From: Octopus bimaculoides
Lineage: Eukaryota
Length of the DNA stretch: 64,000 nt
Assembly (NCBI RefSeq): GCF_001194135.2
Contig: NC_068981.1
Span: 113,316,189 to 113,380,188 of the forward strand
Reading direction: 5' to 3'
The stretch's first letter is position 1; each line of letters starts with the position of its first letter. The notes under the pieces are model-generated. The model was not told where the DNA came from. It saw only the letters and a program-made list of their open reading frames with translations, and did not search any database. Made by a program: the position numbers and the translations under genes. Shown here piece after piece: positions 47,890 through 60,781 of the stretch.

Positions 47890-50800
47890 TTAAAATTTCA
47901 AATTTTGTTTTGAAACCTGTTAAATTTTGCCAAAATGAAGAGAACAGTAAACTGTTCTCTTCTTTGTCCACCACACCCTCTGTTAACAGACGACAAGACA
48001 AGTCGTACATCAAATATGAATATGCTCCACCCAATTCGCGTCGTAAATGCAAAGAAGATAAAGTAAAACAGCGTTCCACCTCATGCAGTGCTACTGAAGA
48101 CAATGAAAGCTGTTCTTTGGACCTCCTTTCAAATGTGCATTTCCCTGCTCTAACCACCACTTCTCACCACCGGAGAAGGAGGAAGAGAAGAATAACAACA
48201 TGACCACCAAAGAAACTAACACAAGCAACACCACCAGGACCAACAACAAAAACCAATGTAATGGTTTCACATCTGCAGCAAAGCAAAGTTCAGAAGAAAT
48301 CAATGTTACAATGGACGAAATAAAAAACGCAAAGTAGTTAAAGAAGGATGGAAACAATGTCTTCCTTAACACTCCACAACAACTAATACAGGAAACCAAC
48401 AGAAGGATGATAATTTATAAAATCTTTAATGTCAAACATAAAAAAATAGAAGGGGCAACTCCACAGCAGTTGGAGATAGCACTCAAGCCCATATGAGGTA
48501 AAAAAAATCTTTTGTAACCAAGGGGAGGCATTTTGGAACTGTAGAAGTTCGCTTCCCAATTGAAGAGGATGCAAAACAGCATTCTACAACACCCCTGAAA
48601 GCTGAGGATTTGCTGCTCATGCCAACATACCTTGGTCAGCACGTAACCAAGATAAAAATTGAACAAGTGCCGCCCAAACTAAATATGTGTTGCTAGTGGC
48701 AGCTATCCTCTTCAACATAGAAGACACTGCCACTATTTTGGAAGTACACAAATTGCACAGCCAAAGCTGGTCAGGTATGGGTATGCAGCTTCTGGTTCAA
48801 ATTGAACAAGAAAGCATAAATGCCATACCTGACTCTATAAATTTGCCATATGGCACAAGGCTGCATGTTGCTGTAGAGGGACAAAGACCAAAGTGCTACC
48901 TCTGCAGCAGTGAAAAGCATTTAAAAGTAGATTGCCCCATTTATAAGGAAAGAATGGAGGTGGACAGAAGAAAGAAGTCTCCAGAGACATCTCCAGTGCA
49001 GCAGCAGCAGCAGCAGCAACAACAGGAGATGCAGCAGAAGCAGAAACCAAAAGCTACCACACCACCACTAAAAGCGACACCACCTCCAACCATCACCAGA
49101 CCAACACCAACAAAGATGACACTGGACAGTATAAATATACTATCAACACCACTTTCAACAGAAATAATACCAACAACAACATCAACATAAAACTGCATTA
49201 CAAAATACTGAAATGGACCCCAAAGACATCCTTTCCCGACCAAATCAACTCGGACAGTGCAAGCACTGATAGTAAGAAAGGGGAGTGGCACACAGTGCCA
49301 CCGAAAAAGAAAAGAAAGAAGAAGTGTAAAGAAACAACTGACAAACTGGGGAGGCGCAAGAAAGTAGAGCTTCCCAACAACAATAGCAACAGCATGCACT
49401 CACAACATTCAACAACACTTTCTCCAGCACTACCACTGCAAACACCAACACAAATTACAACACACACAGACACCACCACCACCAATACAAACATCACAGC
49501 AATAAACACCTTGTCACATACTTGAAAGAAAACTCAGACACTACAATGGCAGATTTTGTCATACCCACACACAACACACCACCAGCACACATACTCAGTT
49601 TCAAAATATCTAATGAAAACTATGAAATAAAAAACAAATAAGTCGCTCGGGAAAAGTTTCTCAAAAAAAACTTTACAAAAATCTGGTGGAAATACCCACA
49701 CAAAAGCATAATGGAGCCACCCCACCAGACACTGACAGTAAGTAGAGCTTTTTTCTCCTGCATAAATCTTTTTGAAACATGGTTGTGCTCAGAATCGGTA
49801 ACATAAATGTGACAGGCCTCGGGTTACCTTGGAAACAAGGTCACCTCTTAAATGACCTGAGGTCTTACAGTGTGGATGTAGCAACCATTAGCAAAACCAG
49901 GTTCTCTGGGAGCGGGCAGTGGTGGTTCTGTGGTGCTATTTCGGAAAGGATTTGAAAATAAAGGCAGTCTTCCTGGGTCCAGAGGGTAAGTTGGCAGTCC
50001 TGGATGTGAACAGTAGTGACGGTGGTGCCTTCAGACTGGTGGCTGCCTACGCTCCGACAGGGGCAGGGCAGTTGTATTATTTCAAGCGTTTGGAGGTTTT
50101 CCTGGGCATGTATCTCACTTTAGTGCTAGTTGGGAAATGGAATGCTGTCTTAGACAAATGTTTCGATCAGGTGGGTGTGGGAGCATCTGATAGGAGAGAG
50201 GGGTGCAAAAGCCTCACCAACCTGCTCAGACACTTTAAGCTGTCTGACAGCTATTGACTAGACAACCTGAATGTGCCAATGTGCGCTTGGACTAATCGAA
50301 TTGGGTCGTCTAGATCATACTTAGAGTTTTCTGTAGGCCATCGGATAAGGACAGCATAGGGTGTCTACAATTCCACATAGTCGGCTACTCAGACCACAAA
50401 TTCATGATCTGTACGGTTGACTTAGATAGGCTCCATAGACAGGGTCCCAGTTACTGGAAGCTAAACACATGTAAAGCTTACAGAGACCAGATTAGTTTAT
50501 TAGTTAAGCAGGCATTGACAGGGGTAATCGTCAACAACAGCTGGTGATTTGCTCTCAACAGGGCAATTAGAGCAGAATCGATTAGGTTTAGTAAGGCTCT
50601 AGCTGTAGAACAAAAGAAAACAGAGCAGGATTTAATTAGAAAACTAGATGTGGCTCTTAGGACAGACATTGCAACTGACGTGTTGGTGGCTAGGTTAGCC
50701 CTTGACCAAGACTTCGATGCCAAACATGAAGGCTGCATTGTCAGAGCTAAGGCACATTCGGTAAGCAGGGAGGGGACTAAGGCCGTTTGATGGGCCCATG

Positions 50801-51330
50801 TGGCAGAGGCGAAACGTGATAATAAGGTGACCATTCGGTCTTTGATGGACCTGAACGGGCACGAGATTTCAAACCGAAACGGATGTGAATGGCCTTTCAG
50901 CAGCACTTTGCTTGACTGTTCAGGACAAGCGGTGGGACGGACAATGGTACAGACTTTGGTGTGTACCTGGACAGTCTGCCGCAACTCTTGGTGAACAAGG
51001 TGGAGTGCTACAAAAAAGCGATATCTGCCTGGATGAAAAGTTGCACAAGAGGTAGATCACCAGGTTTGGAAGGTCTACCCTACAAGCTTTACACTTCAAT
51101 GCCAGACTTGTTTGCAGACCTCTTGGCGGACATCTACTGCAACTGGCAGCAAAATGGGAGAATCCCTGCTTTTGTTTGTTGAGGGGTGGTGGCACTGTTG
51201 AGAAAGGTCCCAAACAAGGGGGATGTGATAGAGAATTTCAGGCCCATCACTCTGCTCAATGCAGAATTAAAGATTTTGGACAAGGTGCTAACCAAGAGCT
51301 TGGCACTTGTCATAGACAAGCTGATCTTGA
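47890..51330 (+). mobile_element. L1/Tx1-like LINE: ORF1 zinc knuckle, APE, RT N-terminus; decayed
   Basis: VEGQRPKCYLCSSEKHLKVDCP; GNINVTGL, LVAAYAP, LVGKWNAVLD, SDHK; SPGLEGLP, NFRPITLLNAELKI. Confidence 0.85.
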
Positions 51331-51379
51331 AACAGCTGTACAAGGATTACTGAACTGTACTAGACTCTGTCCTGAAGGA

Positions 51380-52495
51380 TATTAACCTTAAGAGTCAGGA
51401 TTTAGTATGGCTGAGGAAAATATAAAAAGTTTGTGAAAGAATCTGCCTTGGTGCACTCCAAGATTGGGCCATTGTTTGAAGAAGACAGCTTATTAATTGC
51501 TGACTCCAGCAGTATAAGTGAATAAACAATTTCAAAGTATCTTTACCTCTCCACTGGAAAGTATGCAAAGAAAGCTTGATGAGTTCTTCAACATTGCAGA
51601 TCTACCTGGGAAAGAGGCAAGCATCGATTACGTCAACATAAAGGAGGAAGCTGTAATATCAGCCAGTGATGAGACGAGCTCAAATGCAGCAATTTCTGCT
51701 TCTTTTAAAGACTTGCAAGAAAACTCTTGCAAATTCACTACAGATACTTTTTCAGAGTTTCTCTGCATGTGATAAACTTCCAAAAATGTTGAATAAAGAT
51801 GCCCTGACCATAAAGGAGGAAGCAAAGCAGACACTAAAAATTACAGGCCTATCTCTCTGACCTCACATGTTAGCAAGGTCATGGAACGCATTGTCAGAAG
51901 GAAGCTGGTCATGATCCTGGAAGAAAATAACTTGCTTACAAACACACAACATTGCTTCCATCCAGTGAGAAGCTGGCTCACACAACTACTGAGTACTGAA
52001 ACAGCATATCAACCACTAAAATATGGATGTGATATATTTTGACTTTGCCAAGACCTTTGACAATGTTGATTACAAACTACATGACCTTGATATCTCTGGA
52101 AAACTAGTTATATGCATATGAAAGATTTTGGAAGGTCTAGCTCCTAAATTTGAAACTGAAACTATACTAGCAACCAAACAGGATAGCACTGCATAATACC
52201 AAAGCTCCCATCTTCTCCATCTATAATAAGGGCCCAATACTGTAATAGCTTGGGTTTCACAGCTATTCAATATTCTGCCAAACAGCCTCAGAGATTTGTG
52301 AGGTACAAAAGTGAAAGTTTTCAAAGAATGTCTGGACAAATTTTTATCTGAGAAACCAGATAAACCCACATCACGACAGGAAACAAAGAAGAGTAGTTCC
52401 ATCAAACTCATCACTTCACCAGAAACAATACAGAAAAGAAACCCAATCACACTGAAAGGCTGTGCTCCAGCATAACTGCAACCTTTGGCAGAAAT
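51380..52495 (+). mobile_element. CR1/L2-like LINE RT fragments
   Basis: NYRPISLTSHVSKVMERIVR, DFAKTFDNVD, MKDFGRSSS/EGLAP-type 3' piece. Confidence 0.7.
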
Positions 52496-52496
52496 C

Positions 52497-52978
52497 AATA
52501 TGAGGTCTGATCAAAACTTACTGGTACTGGTGCTATAAAAACAAAACTACAATCGATTCAGCATTTAATCTCCTTCATAGTAGGCCCCTCCTGAAGCCAC
52601 CTACTTTATCCAGCTTCATTTCTGTTGATGGAAGCCTTCTCAGAGCTCCATTTTGGGGATAGTAGACAGTTGCCTTATTACATTTTCTTGAATTTTTCAA
52701 TGTTTTGAAATCTTGTTCAAGTGGGATTCCTTTCAGGCCTTGGTTTCCAGGTCATTGTCATAGACCCATGATTTGTCACCTCTTATGACAATTCTTGACA
52801 CAATCAAGGAGATCCTATGCAACTGAAACCCGATCTTCTTTTTGAGACAACCACACTCCCTTTTATGGGTTTCAGAGACTATGGCCACCTTGAATAACTC
52901 CCTGTACAGAACAACAATCCCTTGACTATCTTGAGTGTTACATTCCAAAAAAACCCCATGATAGGTGAAAATCTGCAA
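52497..52978 (-). mobile_element. Mariner fragment
   Basis: SRIVIRGDKSWVYDNDLETK (GDESWVY..DPETK motif); TIR-like end near 52497. Confidence 0.7.
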
Positions 52979-53131
52979 AGTAGAAACAGTACTGTACTGT
53001 ATATTTTTTAAAATTATTTTTAGAATTTGTATATATCTTTTTTATTATAAATGCAAAACAACACCACAGAAGAATCAACGTAAGCTTAAATAATAAACCA
53101 CAATAGGTGAACCATGATATGACAAGGGATT

Positions 53132-53821
53132 ACTGTATATATAAAACTCAGATTGTGTCTGCGTGTAAACCCGCATAACTTCTGAAGTGTACGTATTTCT
53201 TAAAATTTTCTTAGGTATTGATATCATTTACCTTTATTTCATTGACATTTCATTATTAATGTACAATTGTCATCTTAGTTTATTATGTAATATTTGATAT
53301 AATGTCTCCAAGCTGAGAAAATGAAAAGGAGAGCAAATGAATCATCACATGAGACCTCAATTAGACAATCACAAAATGCTGCATGTACAGCAAGAGCAAT
53401 GGAAAATGATGAGCAGCATAGTATTCACCTGTCCATGAATGCTGCAGTCCACCCCCTTATCACATCATTTCTTTCATGTAGATTTGTGGTGCTGTTGAGC
53501 GCACCCACAAGCTTAATTTATCACATAGCTGTAGTTCCTATGTTTGTTGATTGTTCAGCATAGTAGTGGCAGCACTGACAGCTACAAAAGAGAGTATATC
53601 CACTGAGAACTTTTTGATGCATTCAAAAATCACATACCCAATAAACCGATTCCTTATGAGATTTCCCAATCAAATTGCCAGCAAACCATTTTCAGCCAAA
53701 CCAATTTCAACGGATTTCGCTCAAATCTGATGTCGATGTTACTTATTTTGGTTTGAAATAAAGCACTTGATCACTTAATAATCCTAGCTTAATCCTGGGC
53801 AGCGCCGGGCTATACTGCTAG
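53132..53821 (+). mobile_element. Non-autonomous Helitron (~690 bp) retaining a RepHel N-terminal-like ORF piece
   Basis: tatatataaaactcag 5' region; KRRANESSHETSIRQSQNA; 3' hairpin cctgggcagcgccggg plus CTAG at 53818-53821, followed by T. Confidence 0.7.
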
Positions 53822-54318
53822 TATATATATATATGCGCATGCATTCATATATCTGTGTGTGTCTTTGTGTCTGTGTTTGTCCCCCACCAATACTTGACAT
53901 TATATATAACATGCACACACACACTCACATATATATTCTAATTTCATTCTTTAATAAGACTGCAATTCAATCTTTCTATTCCTCCATCCCTGTAGCCCAA
54001 TGGAGAGAAGTGTAGCCACTGTTGTTCTGCCTGTAGACGTCAGTACCAGGTTTAAAAAAATAAGTTCTGGGGTTAATTAGTTCAACTAAAATCCTTCAAG
54101 GTGGCCATAGTCTCTGAAACCCATAAAAGATAAAATATATATTGTATATTTGCCTTATATTTGTACATGTACTTCATAACTATATCGTGTTTCTATTTTG
54201 TTTTTTTTACACATGCACACACACACATATGCTAGTAGCAGGTCCTTGAAATATATCATGAAATAATGAAATATTTCGTTTGTATTCAATTTGGTTTCAT
54301 GTGTTGTGTATTCTACAG

Positions 54319-54630
54319 GAGACCCTTGAAATGTGTGCCCGGGAAACTGAATTTAAAAGCATTCTCTTCGTCCTCTGTTATTTTCATGCTGTTGTTCAAG
54401 AAAGAAGGAAGTTTGGACCTCAAGGCTGGAACAGATCTTATCCATTTAATGTTGGTGACCTGACAATCAGTGTCAATGTGCTTTATAACTATCTTGAGGC
54501 CAACAATAAAGTCCCCTGGGAAGATCTTCGTTATCTTTTTGGAGAGATTATGTATGGTGGCCACATTACAGATGACTGGGACCGAAGACTATGTAGAACA
54601 TATTTGGAAGTATACATGCATCCTGATATG
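54319..54630 (+). CDS. Dynein heavy chain exon, AAA6 lid: [13 protein letters not shown]...[21 protein letters not shown]...[14 protein letters not shown]
   Basis: ttctacag acceptor, ATG|gtatgt donor; 312 nt; joins FTQ|ETLEM across a 22.9 kb intron. Confidence 0.96.
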
Positions 54631-56716
54631 GTATGTAGTATAGTATGATCTTGATATTTTATGGTGCATGGTTTTGTTTGTTTTGGCACTAACATAATAA
54701 GAGGGTTTATGTTATCTTTCCTGAGTTCTCTAAGAAGTTAAGATTAAAGATAAGAGAAAAGAAAATGCAATAGTCACCCTTTGTTCAAATTCTTGTTGTA
54801 TAATTTGTGTTGATATTTGAAATAATGATGTAAGAATGATTATTGAAAGAGGTTAATGCTGTCATATAGTAAATAGATTATTAGGCTAGTGAGGGTTATT
54901 GTTAACATGAATTAAATAAAATAGATATTAATGTTTTGTATGGCATACTCCAAAAGGAATGGAGTACATTCACTGGAGTACAGCCCAAAATGTAAGTTTT
55001 TATATCATCTTACTTTGCATCAATATACACCTTATGTACACTGTCGAAAAATTTTTATCAGTTGATTTTATTGGAGTTATCTTCCCTAATGTTTTTAGAG
55101 ATATCAGGGAAGATATTTTGGTTGATAATCTCAGTAGATGAAAGTTTTCAACTCACTATATTTAACTCACCGTTGTGTGTGTTTTTTTTTAATGCTGCTT
55201 AAAAAATAGAGGTCAGTCATTTATGTAAATGGAAAATGCCATAGACTGAAGATAAGCACCTTCCAAGCAGAATCCTTAGCCTGGATTCTTAATTGCAGCT
55301 GTTTTTCATTATCAATGTTTTTGTAACAAACTCATAATGTGTCCCTACTTTAGTCTGAAATTCTTTGGAGTTTGACTGATCATTTGAACAATAGGAATAA
55401 TTTCTTTTAGCAATAAGGCAAAGCCAAAAGAAACTTTGACTTTGCCTTGTTGCTTAAAGTTCCATTTTTATTGTTTATCTGTTCTAACTGGTAAGTGTTG
55501 TCATAAACAATAATAATCTTAGTAATTATAATAATAATAATAATCATAAATGTTTGTCTTGCACAACCTTATTAACTAACTAAACATGTTAGACATACTG
55601 TGCAAAAAATGCTAGCAATTGAGGATAGGATATTTAATGTACACCCATCTCCAACCGTTTAATAATGAAAATATGATTATCTAATGAATAAATAACTCCT
55701 GGTAACCCTGTAAAGGAAGGACCTGCAAGATGTTTGAGAAGAATGCATTGTAGTAGATTCTCATTACCTTACCTATCCTCATATGACAGTACTGCAACAT
55801 GCTAATCAAATTTTTTTTATTAAATTGCTCACACTGAGATGTGTTTGAGATATGAAATGTACATTGATAATGAAGCATAAAACATCCAGGAATTCTAATT
55901 ACAAGAACGTGCAGGGATGAATTAATGAGGTACAGAACAACCAGACATGAACTCAAAGTTTTTCTCTCAAATATAATGCATTGTAACTATATCAATTTTG
56001 ATCTTTCTACTTTCTTGTGACAAATATAGTTCACCACTGAGTGGTGGTAGCATTACATTCAACAATGTTTTGATGGCTTACAGTGCTGAGTTGAACCTTA
56101 GCATGTGAAAATCTAGATCAAGCATCATGTTACTAAATTTGGAGTGTGCTGTGGGGTCCTATGGAAGTGAAACTTATTTGGAGTGTGTTGTGGGGTCCTT
56201 TGTGAAGTGAAACTTATCAGAAAAGGCATTAGTCTTTAGGTGTTCTTCATGATTGTAATTGCTGACTCTATGTTTTGCTGTCTGGTACCCTATCATCAAA
56301 GACTTGCTCTTATAATTAAGTGGTGTCCCAAATGACCTAGATAAAAGGGGTCAAACTACCCTAAGGCACAATTTATATTCAAAATACAACTCATTTGCTT
56401 TACTCACAATATTTTAGATAGTGTATGAGCAATGTATGAAAAGTGTGTTTTTACATCATTATTCATATAAGGATAGCTGAGGTCATGAGAACCCACTGCA
56501 AATCATACAGAATACCCTTTTCATTTTTTTGAGAAGAATAAAATCCTAGAGATCTTCACATAATTTCATCATCAAAACTAAAAGATTTATTACTGAGCAT
56601 CAATCCATTTTTTAGAACATCTTAATATAATTGTTTTAATTTTGTTTCATCATTTAGAATACATTTAAAAAAAAAGTAAAACTGATATACTGGACATGCA
56701 ATATTTTTGTTTTTAG

Positions 56717-56959
56717 TTGAGCTCAGAATTATTTTTGGCTCCTGGTTTTCCAATACCACCCAATTCTGACTATAAAGGTTATCATGCATACATAGATGAA
56801 ATACTGCCTCCAGAAAGTCCTTACCTTTATGGATTGCATCCAAATGCTGAAATTGAATTTCTCACTAGTACATCGGAACATCTTTTTAAAACTGTTTTTG
56901 AAATGCAACCACAAGATTCAGGTACTGCTGGAGGTGCTGGAATTAGTAAAGAAGAAAAG
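56717..56959 (+). CDS. Dynein heavy chain exon, C-terminal domain: [11 protein letters not shown]...[15 protein letters not shown]...KEEK
   Basis: gtttttag acceptor, AAG|gtatgt donor; 243 nt. Confidence 0.95.
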
Positions 56960-57781
56960 GTATGTTCAGAAATCCATATGTTAAAACATTTTCATGTGAT
57001 TTGGGTGACAAAGCAAATCAGTATAGCTCTAGTATGCAACTAAAACTCTGAAATTCTATATTGTTGAATAGAAAGTTAGCTCCTGATCTAATGTCAGTGC
57101 CTAGTTTGGGTCAGTTCACATTTTACTCATTGCTTGAATATCACTGCTCCTGTTTTTTTTCTTTCAAATTCAGTCAACATTAGCTTATCAATTGGCAAAC
57201 AATTTATTCTGTTTATAGCACTTGTATTGGTATGACAACAAGAAAAAAGTAAAAGAGACCTAAGCAAGATATGAATTTAGAACTATGGCAAAATGAACTA
57301 GCATTTCTTTCTTGGCTTTGTAGCACTACCTCTATACCCTACTTGATTATTTTTTCAACCATTTTTCAACCATTTGCAACCATTTTTGAGTACCAATTGA
57401 ATTAAAAGTATGGTTGCAGAGATAATGATTCAGTTATAACTCAAACTCAGCAGAAGATCCAATGACTCCTCTGTTTTATAGACCTAATGTTGTTTACCCT
57501 ATGTAAATAGTTCAGAGAACTAGACCTCAGAGAAGTTGATATATTGGCTATGAACATGAACCAGTGATCATGGCAGGATAGAAACTGCAAACTTATAGGC
57601 TATTTCTGCAGTAACCCATAAATTTAATTATCCATGGCTCTAGTACATAACTCTCATACATTTCAATTATACAAAAAACTAAATACAAAGTAAGTTTATT
57701 TTTAATAATGAAATAGCAAAAACAAATATATAAAAGAATATTTACCATTTGTTAAAACTAGCACATTTTCGATCTATTAAG

Positions 57782-57970
57782 GTGAAAATTATCCTTGATG
57801 AGATGACTGAGAAACTTCCAGATGAATTTATAATGGCAGAATTAATGGGGAAGGTTCCAGTCGAAGAGAGAACCCCTTATGTTGTTGTGGCTTTCCAGGA
57901 ATGTGAACGGATGAATTTGCTGCTATCAGAAATAAAACGTACACTCAAAGAACTGGATCTTGGTCTTAAG
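57782..57970 (+). CDS. Dynein heavy chain exon [13 protein letters not shown]...[15 protein letters not shown]...LKELDLGLK
   Basis: ctattaag acceptor (AAG type), AAG|gtaaaa donor; 189 nt. Confidence 0.93.
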
Positions 57971-58129
57971 GTAAAATTTTCTCCTTTTTTTGTTTTTGTT
58001 TTTCTTAGGAAAGTAAAGGCTGAGAGAATAGAGAACAAGATTGCATTAGAGTTCTGGCTAATATGCTAAAACTCTGCTTCAACAATTGCACCATGTCCTT
58101 TATAGGAAATAGTATCCTACCACTTTAAA

Positions 58130-59617
58130 AAAATATGTATCATAGGTCCAGGAGAGGCCCATATTTTAGATGTCTGGGTTTGCACATGGTGAAGGACTGC
58201 AAGGAACTGAAACCCAAATTGATTTGCTACTGGTGCAAGTGGGCAGCAACTGCAGCCAGAGAAATGATTAAAAGGAGACTACTGCCTCACCAATTCTCCA
58301 TTCAAGCAAGGATATGTGCTTGTACAGTTGCTGCTTACAGTTAGGGGAAGGTGTTAAAAGATCTCATGGACACAGGCTGTATAATGACCTTAGTGATCCG
58401 AAAATGGGGAACAAGATGAGTAGTGTAAGGGCAGCTGATGGCAGTGGGATCATATGTAGAGGTAGTAGTGAAGTGGAGATGGTGGTGTCAGAAGCAACAA
58501 TAAGGCTGCCAGGAATTGTGGTGACACCTCCTTGATGGTGCTGATGTGACACCTCGTCGGTGGATGATCATATCCATGTCCATCATGGACATGGATACAA
58601 TCAACCACCTAGGAGGTGTCACAGTTAGTGACAACAGGGTTACATATGGTAACACCATGCACTGTGAGTTTGCAACAGGAGAATGGGGAGAGCCCTGGAG
58701 AGAACTGTGTTGCATACATCATCATAGACAAGGATTTTCAGGCTGCGTTCAGTGGTTGAGTTTTGCTGGAAAGGACGCCCTAAGTGTTGAAGTAATAGGG
58801 TAAGTTGTTATCAGCAAAACCTGAAAGGAGTGCCAGGAGTGAGTTCAAGGGAGTGGTGGTGAGATGGATCAAGGAAAGTATTTTAATCCCTTGTAATCCC
58901 TTGCAATCAACAAAAGACTAGGTCAGGGTGGTATTCAACTTTCAAAAGCTGAATACCTACAAATCATACAACACAAGTGGTACGATATGTTACCAACATC
59001 TGAAGGGAAACATTGCAGTAATGGAAATAGATGACAGGTCTTTCCACAATCGTTGACTTCAAGTTGGCATAACTGCATCTACACATGTTTGAGAAATTAT
59101 AGAAATATCAAGACCAGGCTGGGTTTCAGGCTGAATTCAACAAAGATCATGGTGACAGTCCTTGAATCTATTCTGAGAAAGGTGGACAAGGGGACAAAGG
59201 CTCACTCTAGTCCTGCTTCCACTCATGTGACCTCCTTCACTCCTCTTCTTCTAGCAAGATCCTCAGCCATAAGAGGAGGAGGTTGACAGATTTTGACATG
59301 GATTGAGGTGATCTTTGAGATCAGAGGGGCATGTTGAACCAGAAGTATAGTGTGAGTGATGTTACACATATGGCTGAAGGACCTTGCCAGAAGCAGAGGA
59401 GTTAGTGGAAGCAGGTCTAGTGTGGGCCTTTTTCACTTTGGGGTTGTCATACAGGACATATATGTATGGCTACTTGAGTTGAGGGAATTTGTTATTAGGT
59501 TCTGGCTAGAGGTAAGGTGGCTCAGTCTCTCACAAATATATTCCAGCTGGAAAGGATTGATGCTGTGAGGGAACCTGCGAGGTAACTGAATTGTGCTTTT
59601 TTCCCCCATATCACACC
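58130..59617 (+). mobile_element. Second, older Ty3/Gypsy-type relic of the same lineage
   Basis: Gag knuckle FRCLGLHMVKDC, protease LMDTGC and MDMDTINHLGGVTV, RT TRLGFRLNSTKIM; PPT gatcagaggggca and LTR ~59332-59615. Confidence 0.75.
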
Positions 59618-60025
59618 CTTAAATAGTCCTTAATTTAAAGATTTAATTTTTTGTTATCTGCAGAAAGCTAGTGAAATTTAAAAGCAGACTCATCAATGTT
59701 AGTGTCAGGAATAAGATTAATGTTGGGTCATGAACTAATCAAGTACTGAGAATCCAATTTGGTCTGATATTTCATCAAACCTAGACAGGTAAAAGAAAGT
59801 TATCTTCAGTAGGATTTGAGTTGAAAAAACATTCTTTATCAGATAAGTATGATAGAATGGATAGTATAGCTTGCTTGTGTCTGTATTTGATTGTATTTCT
59901 TGAAACAGAGAAAATATATGCATATTTCATTGCTAACAAAACCATAACAGAATTACTAATGAACATTATTTTTGCTTCCTTTTTTTTAAAATCAATTTTT
60001 TTAATACTTTTTTTTTTGCTAATAG

Positions 60026-60643
60026 GGAGAATTGACAATCACCTCTGACATGGAAGATTTAAGTAATGCTTTGTATATGGATCAAGTACCAAATGGATGG
60101 GCCAATCGTGCATATCCTTCTTTATATACTTTGACTGCTTGGTATGCAGATCTAATCCAACGTGTTAAAGAATTAGAAGGTTGGGTTTCTGATTTTCAGC
60201 TACCAGCTGCTGTTTGGTTGGCTGGATTCTTTAACCCCCAATCTTTTCTTACTGCAATTATGCAACAGATGGCTCGTAAAAATGAATGGCCTCTAGATAA
60301 AATGTGTATTCAGTGTGATGTCACTAAGAAATGTCGCGATGACATGGCTGGACCTCCTAGGGAAGGAGCATTTATACATGGCCTTTTTATGGAAGGAGCC
60401 AGGTGGGACACACAAACTGGGATGATTGGAGAGTCTCTATTGAAAGAACTCACACCTATGTTGCCAATTGTTTTCCTCAAAGCTATTCCAGTAGATAGAC
60501 AAGAAACAAAGAATATTTATCAGTGTCCTGTGTACAAAACTAAACAACGAGGCCCAACATTTGTATGGACATTCAACTTGAAGACTAAAGAGAAATCCAG
60601 CAAATGGATACTTGGTGGAGTTTGTTTGTTGCTACAAGTTTAA
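60026..60643 (+). CDS. Dynein heavy chain terminal exon [10 protein letters not shown]...[14 protein letters not shown]...CPVYKT...GVCLLLQV*
   Basis: tttgctaatag acceptor; 618 nt ending in TAA; C-terminus typical of DNAH9/17-class beta chains. The exact vertebrate ortholog cannot be assigned by eye. Confidence 0.96.
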   Translation, partial: GELTITSDMEDLSNALYMDQVPNGWANRAYPSLYTLTAWYADLIQRVKELEGWVSDFQLPAAVWLAGFFNPQSFLTAIMQQMARKNEWPLDKMCIQCDVTKKCRDDMAGPPREGAFIHGLFMEGARWDTQTGMIGESLLKELTPMLPIVFLKAIPVDRQETKNIYQCPVYKTKQRGPTFVWTFNLKTKEKSSKWILGGVCLLLQV

Positions 60644-60671
60644 TATATGATATTTTTTGCTATAAAGATTC

Positions 60672-60781
60672 ATTAAAACAAAATTAATGACATTTGTGTT
60701 AGTCATTAGTAATAATTGAGTATTAGTTCTGAAAGTATTTTATTTCCAGTGAGAGTTTAACATAATTGACAAGAAAATAAA
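60672..60781 (+). promoter_or_regulatory. Candidate polyadenylation signals for the dynein gene
   Basis: ATTAAA at 60672-60677 and AATAAA at 60776-60781 downstream of the stop; the region is AT-rich so chance hits are possible. Confidence 0.4.

Noticed and set aside
473-47893. Long ORFs in the track made of X runs or YI/HT/CV repeats
   Set aside because: They arise from N-gaps and (AT)n/(CA)n microsatellites and have no coding signal.
49295-49525. Short ORF starting MPPKKKRKKK (NLS-like)
   Set aside because: It is a frameshifted part of the Tx1-like ORF1, not a host gene.
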